From: Clostridia bacterium | GTDB lineage: Bacteria; Bacillota; Clostridia; Oscillospirales; CAG-272 | Reading direction: 5' to 3' | Assembly: GCA_017961575.1 (NCBI GenBank) | Contig: JAGCXA010000053.1 | Span: forward strand, 26,347 to 90,346 | DNA length: 64,000 nucleotides | Part shown: positions 17,814-26,777 of the stretch, one piece after another | Position numbering within the stretch: position 1 is the first letter of the stretch | How the letters are laid out: each line of letters opens with the position of its first letter | The notes under the pieces: generated by a model | What the model was told of the DNA's origin: nothing | Database searches by the model: none | Seen by the model: the letters and a program-made list of their open reading frames with translations, nothing else | Position numbers and translations under genes: made by a program

Positions 17814-20462
17814 ATGAAGAACAGAACCAAAGCGCGGGGCTTGTCGCTCCTCCTGATCTTCGCGATGCTGGTCGTCGCACTTGCCGTGCTCCTGCCGACC
17901 GTCGCGTCGGCTGCCCCTGCCGAGATCGACGATTTCGGGGTCCAGACGCTCACGGCGCTTGATCTTCCGGGCGACGCCGACACCGATCTGCGCTTCGTCT
18001 TTACGGTCGGTTCACTCGCCTACGACGAGGTCGGCTTCGTCTTCTCGAAAACGAACGCCGCCCCGACGGTCGGCGGAGACGCCTGCGTCAAGAAAGAAAC
18101 GACCGTCGTTTACAGTTCGATCATGGCGGGCGGAACGCCGCAGTCTGCGGGCGACGGCCGCTACTGGGTCGCGGTCAAACTGACCGAGATCCCGCACGAA
18201 TACTTTGACGGCGCGCTCTACGTCCGTCCCTACGTCGACGACGGGGATGTCCGGTACGGCGCCGCGATGAACACGACCGTCTGCGCCGCCGCGGGACACA
18301 AGCACGCCCCGCAGCTCTTGCCGGGGCATTGTGACGGATGCGGCCTCGACGGCGTGAAGAGCGGGGAACCGTATATTCTGAACTCGAACCTCCCGATGGC
18401 GGGGCAGTACTGCGCCTACGGAGACCGCTTCATTGATTCGCGCCCGTATAAGAACATTTGCGGATCGGAGAAGTACTATCCCGACGAATCGAACGGCTAC
18501 AACGGAAACGATCTTCTGATCGAGTTCTCCATTCTCTATAACGAGAGTTTGGAAAACCTGACGGGCGGAACCTTTGATATTACGGTCGGCGACGTTTCCG
18601 ATTTTGTCAATTTGAAATTGGAAGCGAGTGCCAACGCGCGTTACGGTTCTGTCGTTGGCGGATTCTCTGCGCGTGACAGAGGCGACGGGAAGGGCGCGGT
18701 CCTGTCCACCCCGACCCCTGCCGAGATCGCGGCGGATCCGGACGCGAAATATCCGAGCATCGGCGCCTACGGTTGGCACCGCGTCGGCGTTCGCATCCAC
18801 GAAGAGGCGGACATCGTTAACGCCGCCGTCGCCTACACTTATGAAGGCGAGGTATATCTGGACGGCGAGTTGATTCTTGCGTTCGACCTGTCCAAATGGG
18901 CAAAGGCAACGCCGGCAATTCTGCTCTACACCGCGACAATCGAGAACGACGAACTCGTCTATGCCGCCAATACTTCGAACAACAGCAAGGGTTCGATCTC
19001 CGTCGATGGTTTTTACAACGTTTCGGACACCTATCTCGGAATTGCCGACGTGTTTATGACCTGCGGCACCGATTTCGTCCAGCAGGTTGTTCCGGTTGCC
19101 GATCCCGCCGCCGCGACGATTGAGGTCGAGGAGTCGGTCGAACTTTCCGCAAAGATGTGGTACACCGCGCCGCACGCGCACGTCCCGGCTGCGGAGTACA
19201 CGGTCGACCTCGCGCCGACCTGCACGACCCCCGGTTCCAAGTCCTATCATTGCACGATCTGCGGCGCGATCATCAACGAGACGATCACCGCGGTCGAACC
19301 GACGGGCGACGCCCACACCCCTGCGGCGGAATACACAATCGACACGCCGGCAACCTGCACCGCTCCCGGTTCGCGCTCCAAGCACTGCACGTTGTGCGGC
19401 GCGATCATTCCCGAAACGGTGGAACCGATCGCCATGATTGCCCACACCCCTGCCGACGACTACACGCTCGACGCGGTGCCGACCTGCGTAGCGGTCGGAT
19501 CCGAGTCCAAGCATTGCACCGTTTGCGGCGCTCCCGTCGCCGAAACGGCGCGTGACGTTGCCATCGATCCCGACGCGCATAACGTCGCCTCTTGGACGAC
19601 CACCGTCCAGCCGACGCTGCTCGCCGACGGCACGAAAACCGGCGAATGCACGCTCTGCCACAACCCGGTCGTCGAGGCGGTGGCGTACGGCGGACCGAGC
19701 ATCTACTACTCTAAAAACAAATCATCTGGAAACCAGCTCGACAAACGGCTTTATTCGGCGATCCGCGGCGAGGATCATTTTTACAACGGCAACGATCTTC
19801 TGATCGAGTTCTCAATTCTGTATAACGAGAGTTTGGAGAACCTGACAGGCGGGACCTTCGATATTACCGTCGGGGACGGCAGCGATTTCGTCAATTTGAA
19901 ATTGGAAGCGAGCGCAAACGCGCGTTACGGTTCTGTCGTCGGCGGTTTTTCCGCGCGCGACCGGAACGACGGGCTTGGTGCGATCCATTCCACCCCGACC
20001 CCTGCCGAGATCGCGGCGGATCCGACGGCAAAGTATCCGAGCATCGGCGCATACGGCTGGCATCGCGTCGGTATTCGTATCCACGAAGAGGCGGATATCG
20101 TTAACGACGCCGTCGCCTACACGTTCCAAAGCGAGGTATATCTGGATGGCGAGTTGATTCTTGCGTTTGATCTGTCGGATTGGGCACAGGCAAATCAAGG
20201 CGTTCTGCTCTACACCGCGACGATCGAGAACGATGAACTCGTCTATTCCGACAATGACGCGGCGAATGCTTGGGGCGAGATCGGGATCTACTCTTTCTAC
20301 ACCAAAAAGAAGGATATCTATCTTGTTCTTGCCGACGTGTATATGACCTGCGGTACCGATTTCGTCCAGGATGTCGAGGCGGTCGCCGCGCCTGTCGCTG
20401 CGTCGATCGAACTCGGCGGCAACAACTATCCGGCGGCGATCTACTACCGGTTCGCCGACTGA
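17814..20462 (+). CDS. Secreted modular protein: N-domain, domain X, 4 CxxC repeats, domain X
   Basis: Signal peptide (..VASA); two copies of the domain found in 16287-17636; N-terminal domain shared with 20708-23521; AAGGAG RBS. Confidence 0.8.
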   Translation: MKNRTKARGLSLLLIFAMLVVALAVLLPTVASAAPAEIDDFGVQTLTALDLPGDADTDLRFVFTVGSLAYDEVGFVFSKTNAAPTVGGDACVKKETTVVYSSIMAGGTPQSAGDGRYWVAVKLTEIPHEYFDGALYVRPYVDDGDVRYGAAMNTTVCAAAGHKHAPQLLPGHCDGCGLDGVKSGEPYILNSNLPMAGQYCAYGDRFIDSRPYKNICGSEKYYPDESNGYNGNDLLIEFSILYNESLENLTGGTFDITVGDVSDFVNLKLEASANARYGSVVGGFSARDRGDGKGAVLSTPTPAEIAADPDAKYPSIGAYGWHRVGVRIHEEADIVNAAVAYTYEGEVYLDGELILAFDLSKWAKATPAILLYTATIENDELVYAANTSNNSKGSISVDGFYNVSDTYLGIADVFMTCGTDFVQQVVPVADPAAATIEVEESVELSAKMWYTAPHAHVPAAEYTVDLAPTCTTPGSKSYHCTICGAIINETITAVEPTGDAHTPAAEYTIDTPATCTAPGSRSKHCTLCGAIIPETVEPIAMIAHTPADDYTLDAVPTCVAVGSESKHCTVCGAPVAETARDVAIDPDAHNVASWTTTVQPTLLADGTKTGECTLCHNPVVEAVAYGGPSIYYSKNKSSGNQLDKRLYSAIRGEDHFYNGNDLLIEFSILYNESLENLTGGTFDITVGDGSDFVNLKLEASANARYGSVVGGFSARDRNDGLGAIHSTPTPAEIAADPTAKYPSIGAYGWHRVGIRIHEEADIVNDAVAYTFQSEVYLDGELILAFDLSDWAQANQGVLLYTATIENDELVYSDNDAANAWGEIGIYSFYTKKKDIYLVLADVYMTCGTDFVQDVEAVAAPVAASIELGGNNYPAAIYYRFAD

Positions 20463-20479
20463 TTGAAAGGAGTTCCCAA

Positions 20480-20608
20480 ATGAACGAAAAGAAGGTTTAC
20501 GAACCCGCCGAGATCAAGGTCACGCCGCTCGGTCGGGATCTGCTCATCACCTCGGGCGGCTCGCTCGGGGAGAACGATTGGGACGAGTTCAGCTTCGGCG
20601 ATCTCTGA
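20480..20608 (+). CDS. 42-aa peptide MNEKKVYEPAEIKVTPLGRDLLITSGGSLGENDWDEFSFGDL
   Basis: Strong GAAAGGAG RBS 7 nt before ATG; GC-rich third codon positions; C-terminus similar to the tail of the next protein. Confidence 0.8.
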   Translation: MNEKKVYEPAEIKVTPLGRDLLITSGGSLGENDWDEFSFGDL

Positions 20609-20707
20609 TCCCCTGCGTCTCCCCCCACGCGGGGGAGGCGCGCGTAAAACCGCCGCGGAAACGCCGGGCGTCCGCCCGGCGTTTCTCTTGTAATAAAGGA
20701 GACGATT

Positions 20708-23521
20708 ATGCAGAACGCTGTCGTAAAACGGAGAGCGGCGCTGACCCTCGGGGTTTTCGCCGCGGTCCTCTCGCTTTTCTTCGTCCTGTTTTTCTTTCTG
20801 CGCGGCTCCGCCGAGCCCGCCCCCGCCGAGATCGAGGATTTCGGCTATCAGACCGTCGCGGGGGATTCGCTCGGTTCGGAGAGCACCTCTCTGCGCTTCC
20901 TCTTCACGGTCGGCACCCTCGATTATACCCGCGTCGGCTTCGTCTTCTCGAAGACGAATATCGACCCGACGGTCGGGGGCGACGGCTGTCATATCCATCA
21001 GACGACGACGGTACATACCGACGTTTACGCCAACGGGAACAAGATCACGGCGGACGACGGGCGCTATTGGGTCGCGGTCAAGGTGACCGGCGTCCCGCAG
21101 GCGTCGTTCGACGCGCCGATCTACGTCCGTCCGTTCGTCGAGGACGGCGCTGGCGTCCGCTACGGCGACCCGCACGCCATCTCGGCGGAGGGCGGGTTCT
21201 CGATCCCGACGCTGCAAACGCAGATCGCCTCGTTCACGAACTCGAATTTCGGGGGCGGGAGCGTTACGGCGAACCTCGGGAACGGGACAGGTTACAACGC
21301 CCTCGCGAAGAACCCGACGAGGGGACAGCATCCGCGCGTCCTCTTTACCGAAACCGACCTGCCGGGGATCCGGACGGCGTTCAAAAACGCCCCGCCCCAA
21401 CAATCCCAGAGTTACGACTCGGTTTCGACCAAATACGCGGCGGTCATCGCAAACCCGACCGACGGGAACCTGTCCGGCGGGTTTGATCCCGGCGTGCTGA
21501 ACGACATCCAACTGCTGGCGCTCGACTACCGGATGACGGGCAACCCCTATTCGGGGTATCTCGCGGTCTACGCGATCAAAAACGCCCTCAAAACGACGGG
21601 AAACTGGAAGTCGCAGGACGACTATACCCGGATGTACGGGATGGTGATGTACGACGCCGCCTGCGTCTACGACTGGTGCTACGACCTGTTGACGTCATCC
21701 GATAAACAGCAGATCGTCCTCGGCGTACAGAACAAGTGCTGTTCAAACGGTCGGATGGAGATCGGCTTCCCGCCGTCGGACGAGAACGCCGTCACGGGGC
21801 ACGGCGCGGAATTGCAGCTTCTGCGCGATTACCTCTCCTTCGCCATCGCGATCTACGACGAGTATCCCGGCTGGTGGAACTATATCGCCGACCGCTTTTA
21901 CGACGAGTACGTCCCGGTCAGAAACGAGTTCTACGAGGCGGGAATGTACCCGCAGGGAACCTCGCTCTACGTCCGGCTCCGCTTCGCCTCCGATCTGTAT
22001 TCCGCGTGGCTCGTCAAGACGGCGACCGGGGTTTTCCCCTACGCGAGCGAGGCGAATATGAAGCAGGTGATGCGCACCGTCTACTCCTACGAGCTGACCG
22101 TTTCGGGGCATAAGGGCTTCGCCTCGGGCGACGATCACACCGACGACTGGGATTTCATCGACTACGGGCGCAACGCGCTCCTTTCGTCCTACCTCTTCGA
22201 CGACGCCACGATGCGCGCGCTGCTCGCGCGGCACTATTGGAGCTATTCCTACTTCTACGACTCCTATTATTCCTTCGTCGCGAGCGTCCCCGAATACCTG
22301 ATCTGCTCCTCAACGAATATCACCCCCGCCGCCGACCGGCACGAGGGGATGCCCTTGATCCTCTATAACGGCGGCTGGCTCGGGCAGATCATCGCGCGGA
22401 ACAGTTGGAGCACCTCCGACGCGACGGCGATTCTGATGAAGATCGGGTGCCGCACGTCGGGCAACCACGACCACGCCGACGCGGGACAGTTCCAGATCTG
22501 GTATAAGGACGTGATGCTGGCGGGCGACACCGGTTCCTACGACGATTACGGCGACAGCCACCACCTGCGGTATCATCAGGCGACGGTCGCGCACAACAGC
22601 ATCCTGATCGACGGAGCAGGGCAGAAACAGCCCGGCGAGCCGGGCGGTTACGCGAACTGGCGGAGCGACGCCTACAAGACCGGGGAAGTGACCGGCGTTT
22701 CCTACGGATATAACGGATCGACCCCGACCTATGCCTATATCGCCGGGAACCTTCAACCCGCGTACAGTACGAAAGCCGATACCGTCAACCGTCGGATGCT
22801 GACCGTGTTCGACACCGACGACGAGAACGCGCCGGCGTTCTTCTTCGTGTTCGATCGGATCAAGGCGAAGAGCGGCAGTTACAAAAAGACCTTCCTGCTC
22901 CACGTTCCGACCGAACCGACGATTGAGGGCAACCGCGTCTCGGTCGTCTCGGGAGAGAGAAAACTCGTCCTGCAAAGCGTGCTCGGCGGCGACAGCATCA
23001 CGAAGATCGGCGGAACGGGACACAATTACGAAGTGAACGGCGTGCAGTATAACGCCGGAGACGACGGCTACTGGGGGCGCGTCGAGATCAGCCCGAACAC
23101 CGGGAATCTGACGAACAACCTCCTGAACGTGATGTACGTCTGCGACGGCGACAGCGACCCGAACCTCGCGGCGACGAGATTCTATTCTTCTGAGGTCGAG
23201 GGCGCCGTGATCGGCAATACCGCCGCGGTTTTCGTGAAGTCGTCGGAACGGCAGACGGCGAGTTTCACCTTCACCGCTCCGGGCGAGGGAACGCTGAACT
23301 ACTACGTTTCGGGCGTCGGCGAAGGGGACTGGAAGGTCCTGGTCGGCGGCAATATCGTCGGAAGCGCGCACGCGACGTCCGACGGCGGGTTCGTTTCGTT
23401 CGCGGCGCCCGCGGGCGCCGTCACGCTGATCCCTTATAACGGCGCCGGTCTTACCGCGGAAACACTTCTCGGCGACGGGGGTTGGAGCGAACTCGGCTTC
23501 GGCGAACTGCCGAACCCCTGA
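20708..23521 (+). CDS. Secreted/anchored heparinase II/III-family polysaccharide lyase (PL21-like) with shared N-domain
   Basis: HPRVLF, GHGAELQLLRDYLSFAIAIYDEYP, QGTSLY, NHDHADAGQFQIWYK and TVAHNSIL resemble heparinase II motifs; hydrophobic N-terminus. Confidence 0.8.
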   Translation: MQNAVVKRRAALTLGVFAAVLSLFFVLFFFLRGSAEPAPAEIEDFGYQTVAGDSLGSESTSLRFLFTVGTLDYTRVGFVFSKTNIDPTVGGDGCHIHQTTTVHTDVYANGNKITADDGRYWVAVKVTGVPQASFDAPIYVRPFVEDGAGVRYGDPHAISAEGGFSIPTLQTQIASFTNSNFGGGSVTANLGNGTGYNALAKNPTRGQHPRVLFTETDLPGIRTAFKNAPPQQSQSYDSVSTKYAAVIANPTDGNLSGGFDPGVLNDIQLLALDYRMTGNPYSGYLAVYAIKNALKTTGNWKSQDDYTRMYGMVMYDAACVYDWCYDLLTSSDKQQIVLGVQNKCCSNGRMEIGFPPSDENAVTGHGAELQLLRDYLSFAIAIYDEYPGWWNYIADRFYDEYVPVRNEFYEAGMYPQGTSLYVRLRFASDLYSAWLVKTATGVFPYASEANMKQVMRTVYSYELTVSGHKGFASGDDHTDDWDFIDYGRNALLSSYLFDDATMRALLARHYWSYSYFYDSYYSFVASVPEYLICSSTNITPAADRHEGMPLILYNGGWLGQIIARNSWSTSDATAILMKIGCRTSGNHDHADAGQFQIWYKDVMLAGDTGSYDDYGDSHHLRYHQATVAHNSILIDGAGQKQPGEPGGYANWRSDAYKTGEVTGVSYGYNGSTPTYAYIAGNLQPAYSTKADTVNRRMLTVFDTDDENAPAFFFVFDRIKAKSGSYKKTFLLHVPTEPTIEGNRVSVVSGERKLVLQSVLGGDSITKIGGTGHNYEVNGVQYNAGDDGYWGRVEISPNTGNLTNNLLNVMYVCDGDSDPNLAATRFYSSEVEGAVIGNTAAVFVKSSERQTASFTFTAPGEGTLNYYVSGVGEGDWKVLVGGNIVGSAHATSDGGFVSFAAPAGAVTLIPYNGAGLTAETLLGDGGWSELGFGELPNP

Positions 23522-23563
23522 CCCTTTCCCGGAACGACAAAAAGACAAAAAACGACCGGGGGC

Positions 23564-23592
23564 TTGTCAAAACCTGTCTGATATTGTATAAT
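23564..23592 (+). promoter_or_regulatory. SigA promoter
   Basis: TTGTCA-17bp-TATAAT. Confidence 0.7.
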
Positions 23593-23630
23593 GATTCCGG
23601 TAATGCGAAAAGGAAGTTGGGAAAAACGAC

Positions 23631-25391
23631 ATGAAAAAGTGTTTTCGGAACGGAAAGATCTTCTTTGTCGCGGGAAAAAACAAAGAGGACGTGATCTACG
23701 ACGTTTCGTCAAACGACCTGCACGTCACCTTCGACGGCAAAGGCGGGATCACGAACTATACGGTCGACAACCAGAGCGGAAACTGCGCCAAAAAGATTAT
23801 CTTGAACGTATTTGCCGACGGAAAAAAACTCGACGCCTTCTGCGACAAGCGGGTCGAACTTGCCGGACGAATGCAGAAGATCCTTCTGAAAGACGGCGCG
23901 GTCGGGATCAAGATCTGTCAGTTCGTCGCGCCGAACGAAAATGCGGTTTTCTACGAGATCACGGCAAACAAACCGGGCGACTACGAGTTCGTTCTGGATC
24001 TCACCCGTACCGAGAACGGGTTTCACTACGACACCGATGCAACGAACTGGTTTATTCACGAAAACAACTCGATTTACCTGCGCACGAAAAGAAGCGCGCG
24101 TCTCGTTCTCGTCTACGGCAGCTCGACCAGCTGCGTGAAACTGCTGCCCCGCTTTTCCGCGTTCAAAAAGCAGGTCGTCGACGAGTTCCGAAGCGTGAAG
24201 ATCCCCCCGTCCGCCAAAACCGAGAAAGAGCGGGCGCTCTACGTTTCAAGCGTCTTCTGCGCACTCGAAAACTACAAGGAGATCGGACTTTTCAAGGGCT
24301 TTTCCGCCGGCGCACACGTAGGCGCCCCCGTCCGGACGTATTTCCGGGACTCCTATTGGACGACGCTCTGTATGTATAAGAGCCGCCCCGACCTCATCCG
24401 CAATCAGATCCTCACGCTGTCTCGCGGCGTCAAGGAGACCGGCGATTGCCCCGCCTGCGTTACCTTCGAGTTCGACTCGCCAATGCGCTGTTTTTACGAC
24501 AGTCCGTGTTTCTTTGTGATGATGGTCTACGATTATATCAATCACGCCGGCGACCTTTCGATCCTCGACGAATCCGTGAACGGGAAAACGGTCTACGACT
24601 ACTGCTGTCTGACGCTCGACAAACTGTCGGAATACGAGGACAAGACGGGGCTTGTCGTCAAAGTCGGAAAGTACAACAAGCGCGACTGGGCGGACGAGAT
24701 CAACCGCACCGGCTGCGTCACCTACGTCGAACTGCTTTACGCCCGCGCGCTCTTCTGCCTTTCGCGGATCGCCGGAACGAGGGACAAAGCCCGCGCCCGT
24801 CGGTATCACGAAATGTACCTGCGGACGAAAAACGCGATCAACGCGCTGCTTTGGGACGATGAAAAAGGGTACTATATCAACTATCGGGACGGCGGCTTTG
24901 TCGAAGACAATCTGTCGGTCGATACGATCCTCGCGGTTCTGTTCGGAATCTCGGACAAAAAGCAGACCGAACGCCTGCTCGACAACGTCGCGAATCTGCT
25001 CGAAACGCGGAACAACCAAAGCCAGAAGGGTGGAGATTACGGCGTGATGAGCGTCTATCCCTTCTACCGGGGAGCAGACAAGTGTTTCCATCGCTCCGCG
25101 GAGGATTACGCGTGTCAGAACGGCGCGGCGTGGCCGTACTGGTCCGCGCTCGTCGCCTACGCGCAGATGATGAACGGCAGGGATTACACCTACGCGCTGA
25201 CCTCTTCGTTCGGTTGGAACGTCAAACACGGAAACTATACGCCGGTCGAATACTATTCTCCGCTCGGCGTCGGCTCTTCGTGCCTGCACGCGAGAAGCAG
25301 CGACGCCGCCTGGGTCTACGACTGGCAGGACCGCGATTTCTTCCGCGAAAACGAAACCGTTTGGGAGAAGGCTCCGGTCGCCCGGCGCTGA
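23631..25391 (+). CDS. (alpha/alpha)6 glycoside hydrolase, amylo-alpha-1,6-glucosidase/GDE_C-like
   Basis: YFRDSYW, DWADE, LWDDEKGYY and NGAAWPYW motifs; no signal peptide. Confidence 0.7.
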   Translation: MKKCFRNGKIFFVAGKNKEDVIYDVSSNDLHVTFDGKGGITNYTVDNQSGNCAKKIILNVFADGKKLDAFCDKRVELAGRMQKILLKDGAVGIKICQFVAPNENAVFYEITANKPGDYEFVLDLTRTENGFHYDTDATNWFIHENNSIYLRTKRSARLVLVYGSSTSCVKLLPRFSAFKKQVVDEFRSVKIPPSAKTEKERALYVSSVFCALENYKEIGLFKGFSAGAHVGAPVRTYFRDSYWTTLCMYKSRPDLIRNQILTLSRGVKETGDCPACVTFEFDSPMRCFYDSPCFFVMMVYDYINHAGDLSILDESVNGKTVYDYCCLTLDKLSEYEDKTGLVVKVGKYNKRDWADEINRTGCVTYVELLYARALFCLSRIAGTRDKARARRYHEMYLRTKNAINALLWDDEKGYYINYRDGGFVEDNLSVDTILAVLFGISDKKQTERLLDNVANLLETRNNQSQKGGDYGVMSVYPFYRGADKCFHRSAEDYACQNGAAWPYWSALVAYAQMMNGRDYTYALTSSFGWNVKHGNYTPVEYYSPLGVGSSCLHARSSDAAWVYDWQDRDFFRENETVWEKAPVARR

Positions 25392-25445
25392 CCGCGCCCT
25401 TCCCCGAACGCCCCCCCGACGCGGGGACTGACCGCAAACAACAAG

Positions 25446-25477
25446 AAGCCCGGCGCTCCGTACGGAGCGCCGGGCTT
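25446..25477. terminator. Hairpin between convergent genes
   Basis: aagcccggcgctccg-ta-cggagcgccgggctt perfect inverted repeat. Confidence 0.7.
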
Positions 25478-25500
25478 AATTCGTTTGGTTTTTCGGGCGG

Positions 25501-26574
25501 TCAGAGCGCCGCGATCTTCTCCCCGAAGAAGCAGGTCAGGACGAGATACCCGACGTACAGACCGAGGAGCGCGAAGCCCTGCCATTTCATAAAGCGTTTT
25601 TTGATCAGCGCGGGAACCAGCGCGACGATCGCGGCGATCAGCGCGGCGGGAAGGTCGATCCGCCCGACCTGCGCCGTAACGGGGAGCGCCTTGCCGGAAA
25701 TCAGCCCGCAGATCGGCATGATCAGGGTCATATCCATAATGTTCGCGCCGATGATGTTGCCCGCCGAGAGCGACATCTCGCGCTTCACGACGGCGGTAAC
25801 CGTCGTGACGAGTTCGGGGAGCGAGGTGCCGACGGCGAGGATCGTCACGGCGATGATCCGTTCGGGCACGCCGACCGACTCCGCCACGTATTCCGCGCTA
25901 CTGACCAGGACGTTCGCGCCGACGGCGATCGCCGCCGCGCCGACGAGGAACAGGATCGCGTTCTTCGCCCAGAGCCGTCCGTTCGCCGCGGGCCGCGCGG
26001 CGACGCCGCCCTGCGCACCGTCCGCGGGAAGCGCGTCGGCGTCAAGTCCCCCCGCCTCGCTCTCGCCGGCGCGGACGCGCCTGACCGCTTCGACGACGTT
26101 TTCGGTCATCGCGGCGGCGAAGATCGCGAGCAGAAGCAGGTTCGGAACCAGCCCGATCTTCCCGGTGATCCCGAACGCGGCGATCACGCCCGCCGAGCCG
26201 ATGAACAGGCAGGATTTGAGCAGATAGTCCTTCCGCTTGATCGCGCCCGCCATGAAGATCAGGGCGATCGCGAGGATCATTCCGGTGTTTGCGGTCACGC
26301 TTCCGACGGCGTTGCCGATCGACATATCAATGTAGGCGGCGTCGCCCGTCACCCGCGCGTTGACGGCGGAAAACGCCGACACCAGCATTTCGGGGAGCGT
26401 GGTCGCCAGACTGACGATCGTCGCGCCGACGATCAGTTTCGGGACGCCCGACACCTCCGCCATCCAGGAGGCGGCGGAAACGAACCAGTCCCCGCCCTTG
26501 ACGATGACCGCGATCGACACGGCGAGGCAGATCAGCGCGACGGGCAGATTAACGATAGGAATTAACGACGGTAT
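25501..26574 (-). CDS. Calcium/sodium antiporter (YrbG/CaCA family); start uncertain (ATA 26574 or GTG 26520)
   Basis: Alpha repeats ATTLPE..GNAVGS and GTSLPEL..GNIIGANI; frame open up to a GGAAAGGA RBS. Confidence 0.88.
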   Translation of the reverse strand: MPSLIPIVNLPVALICLAVSIAVIVKGGDWFVSAASWMAEVSGVPKLIVGATIVSLATTLPEMLVSAFSAVNARVTGDAAYIDMSIGNAVGSVTANTGMILAIALIFMAGAIKRKDYLLKSCLFIGSAGVIAAFGITGKIGLVPNLLLLAIFAAAMTENVVEAVRRVRAGESEAGGLDADALPADGAQGGVAARPAANGRLWAKNAILFLVGAAAIAVGANVLVSSAEYVAESVGVPERIIAVTILAVGTSLPELVTTVTAVVKREMSLSAGNIIGANIMDMTLIMPICGLISGKALPVTAQVGRIDLPAALIAAIVALVPALIKKRFMKWQGFALLGLYVGYLVLTCFFGEKIAAL

Positions 26575-26612
26575 TTGAATCAGTCCTTTCCCTTCGACAA
26601 ATTACTTCGTCT

Positions 26613-26641
26613 ATTATAGCACGCCGCGCCCGCGCTGTCAA
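26613..26641 (-). promoter_or_regulatory. Consensus SigA promoter of the antiporter gene
   Basis: TTGACA-17bp-TATAAT with extended TG. Confidence 0.85.
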
Positions 26642-26669
26642 CCGTTTTTGCGCGAGCGTGCCGTCGGAT

Positions 26670-26685
26670 TGTTTCACGTGAAACG
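26670..26685. promoter_or_regulatory. parS site (15/16 match)
   Basis: TGTTTCACGTGAAACG versus consensus TGTTTCACGTGAAACA, just upstream of parA. Confidence 0.85.
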
Positions 26686-26698
26686 TCGCCGTTCGCGG

Positions 26699-26727
26699 TT
26701 GACTTTCGGACGCGTCTGTTATATAAT
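26699..26727 (+). promoter_or_regulatory. SigA promoter of parAB
   Basis: TTGACT-17bp-TATAAT. Confidence 0.8.
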
Positions 26728-26777
26728 AAGAAATGAGAAAAACCGACTTCTTTCAGCGGAAACGTGGGGAGGTTCCG

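Noticed and set aside
16863-20453. Diversity-generating retroelement TR/VR pair
   Set aside because: All copies are in-frame coding, the differences are not adenine-specific and no reverse transcriptase is present.
20480-20608. Lasso peptide or RiPP biosynthetic cluster
   Set aside because: The peptide is leader-like, but no cyclase, peptidase/RRE, radical SAM enzyme or exporter is in the window.
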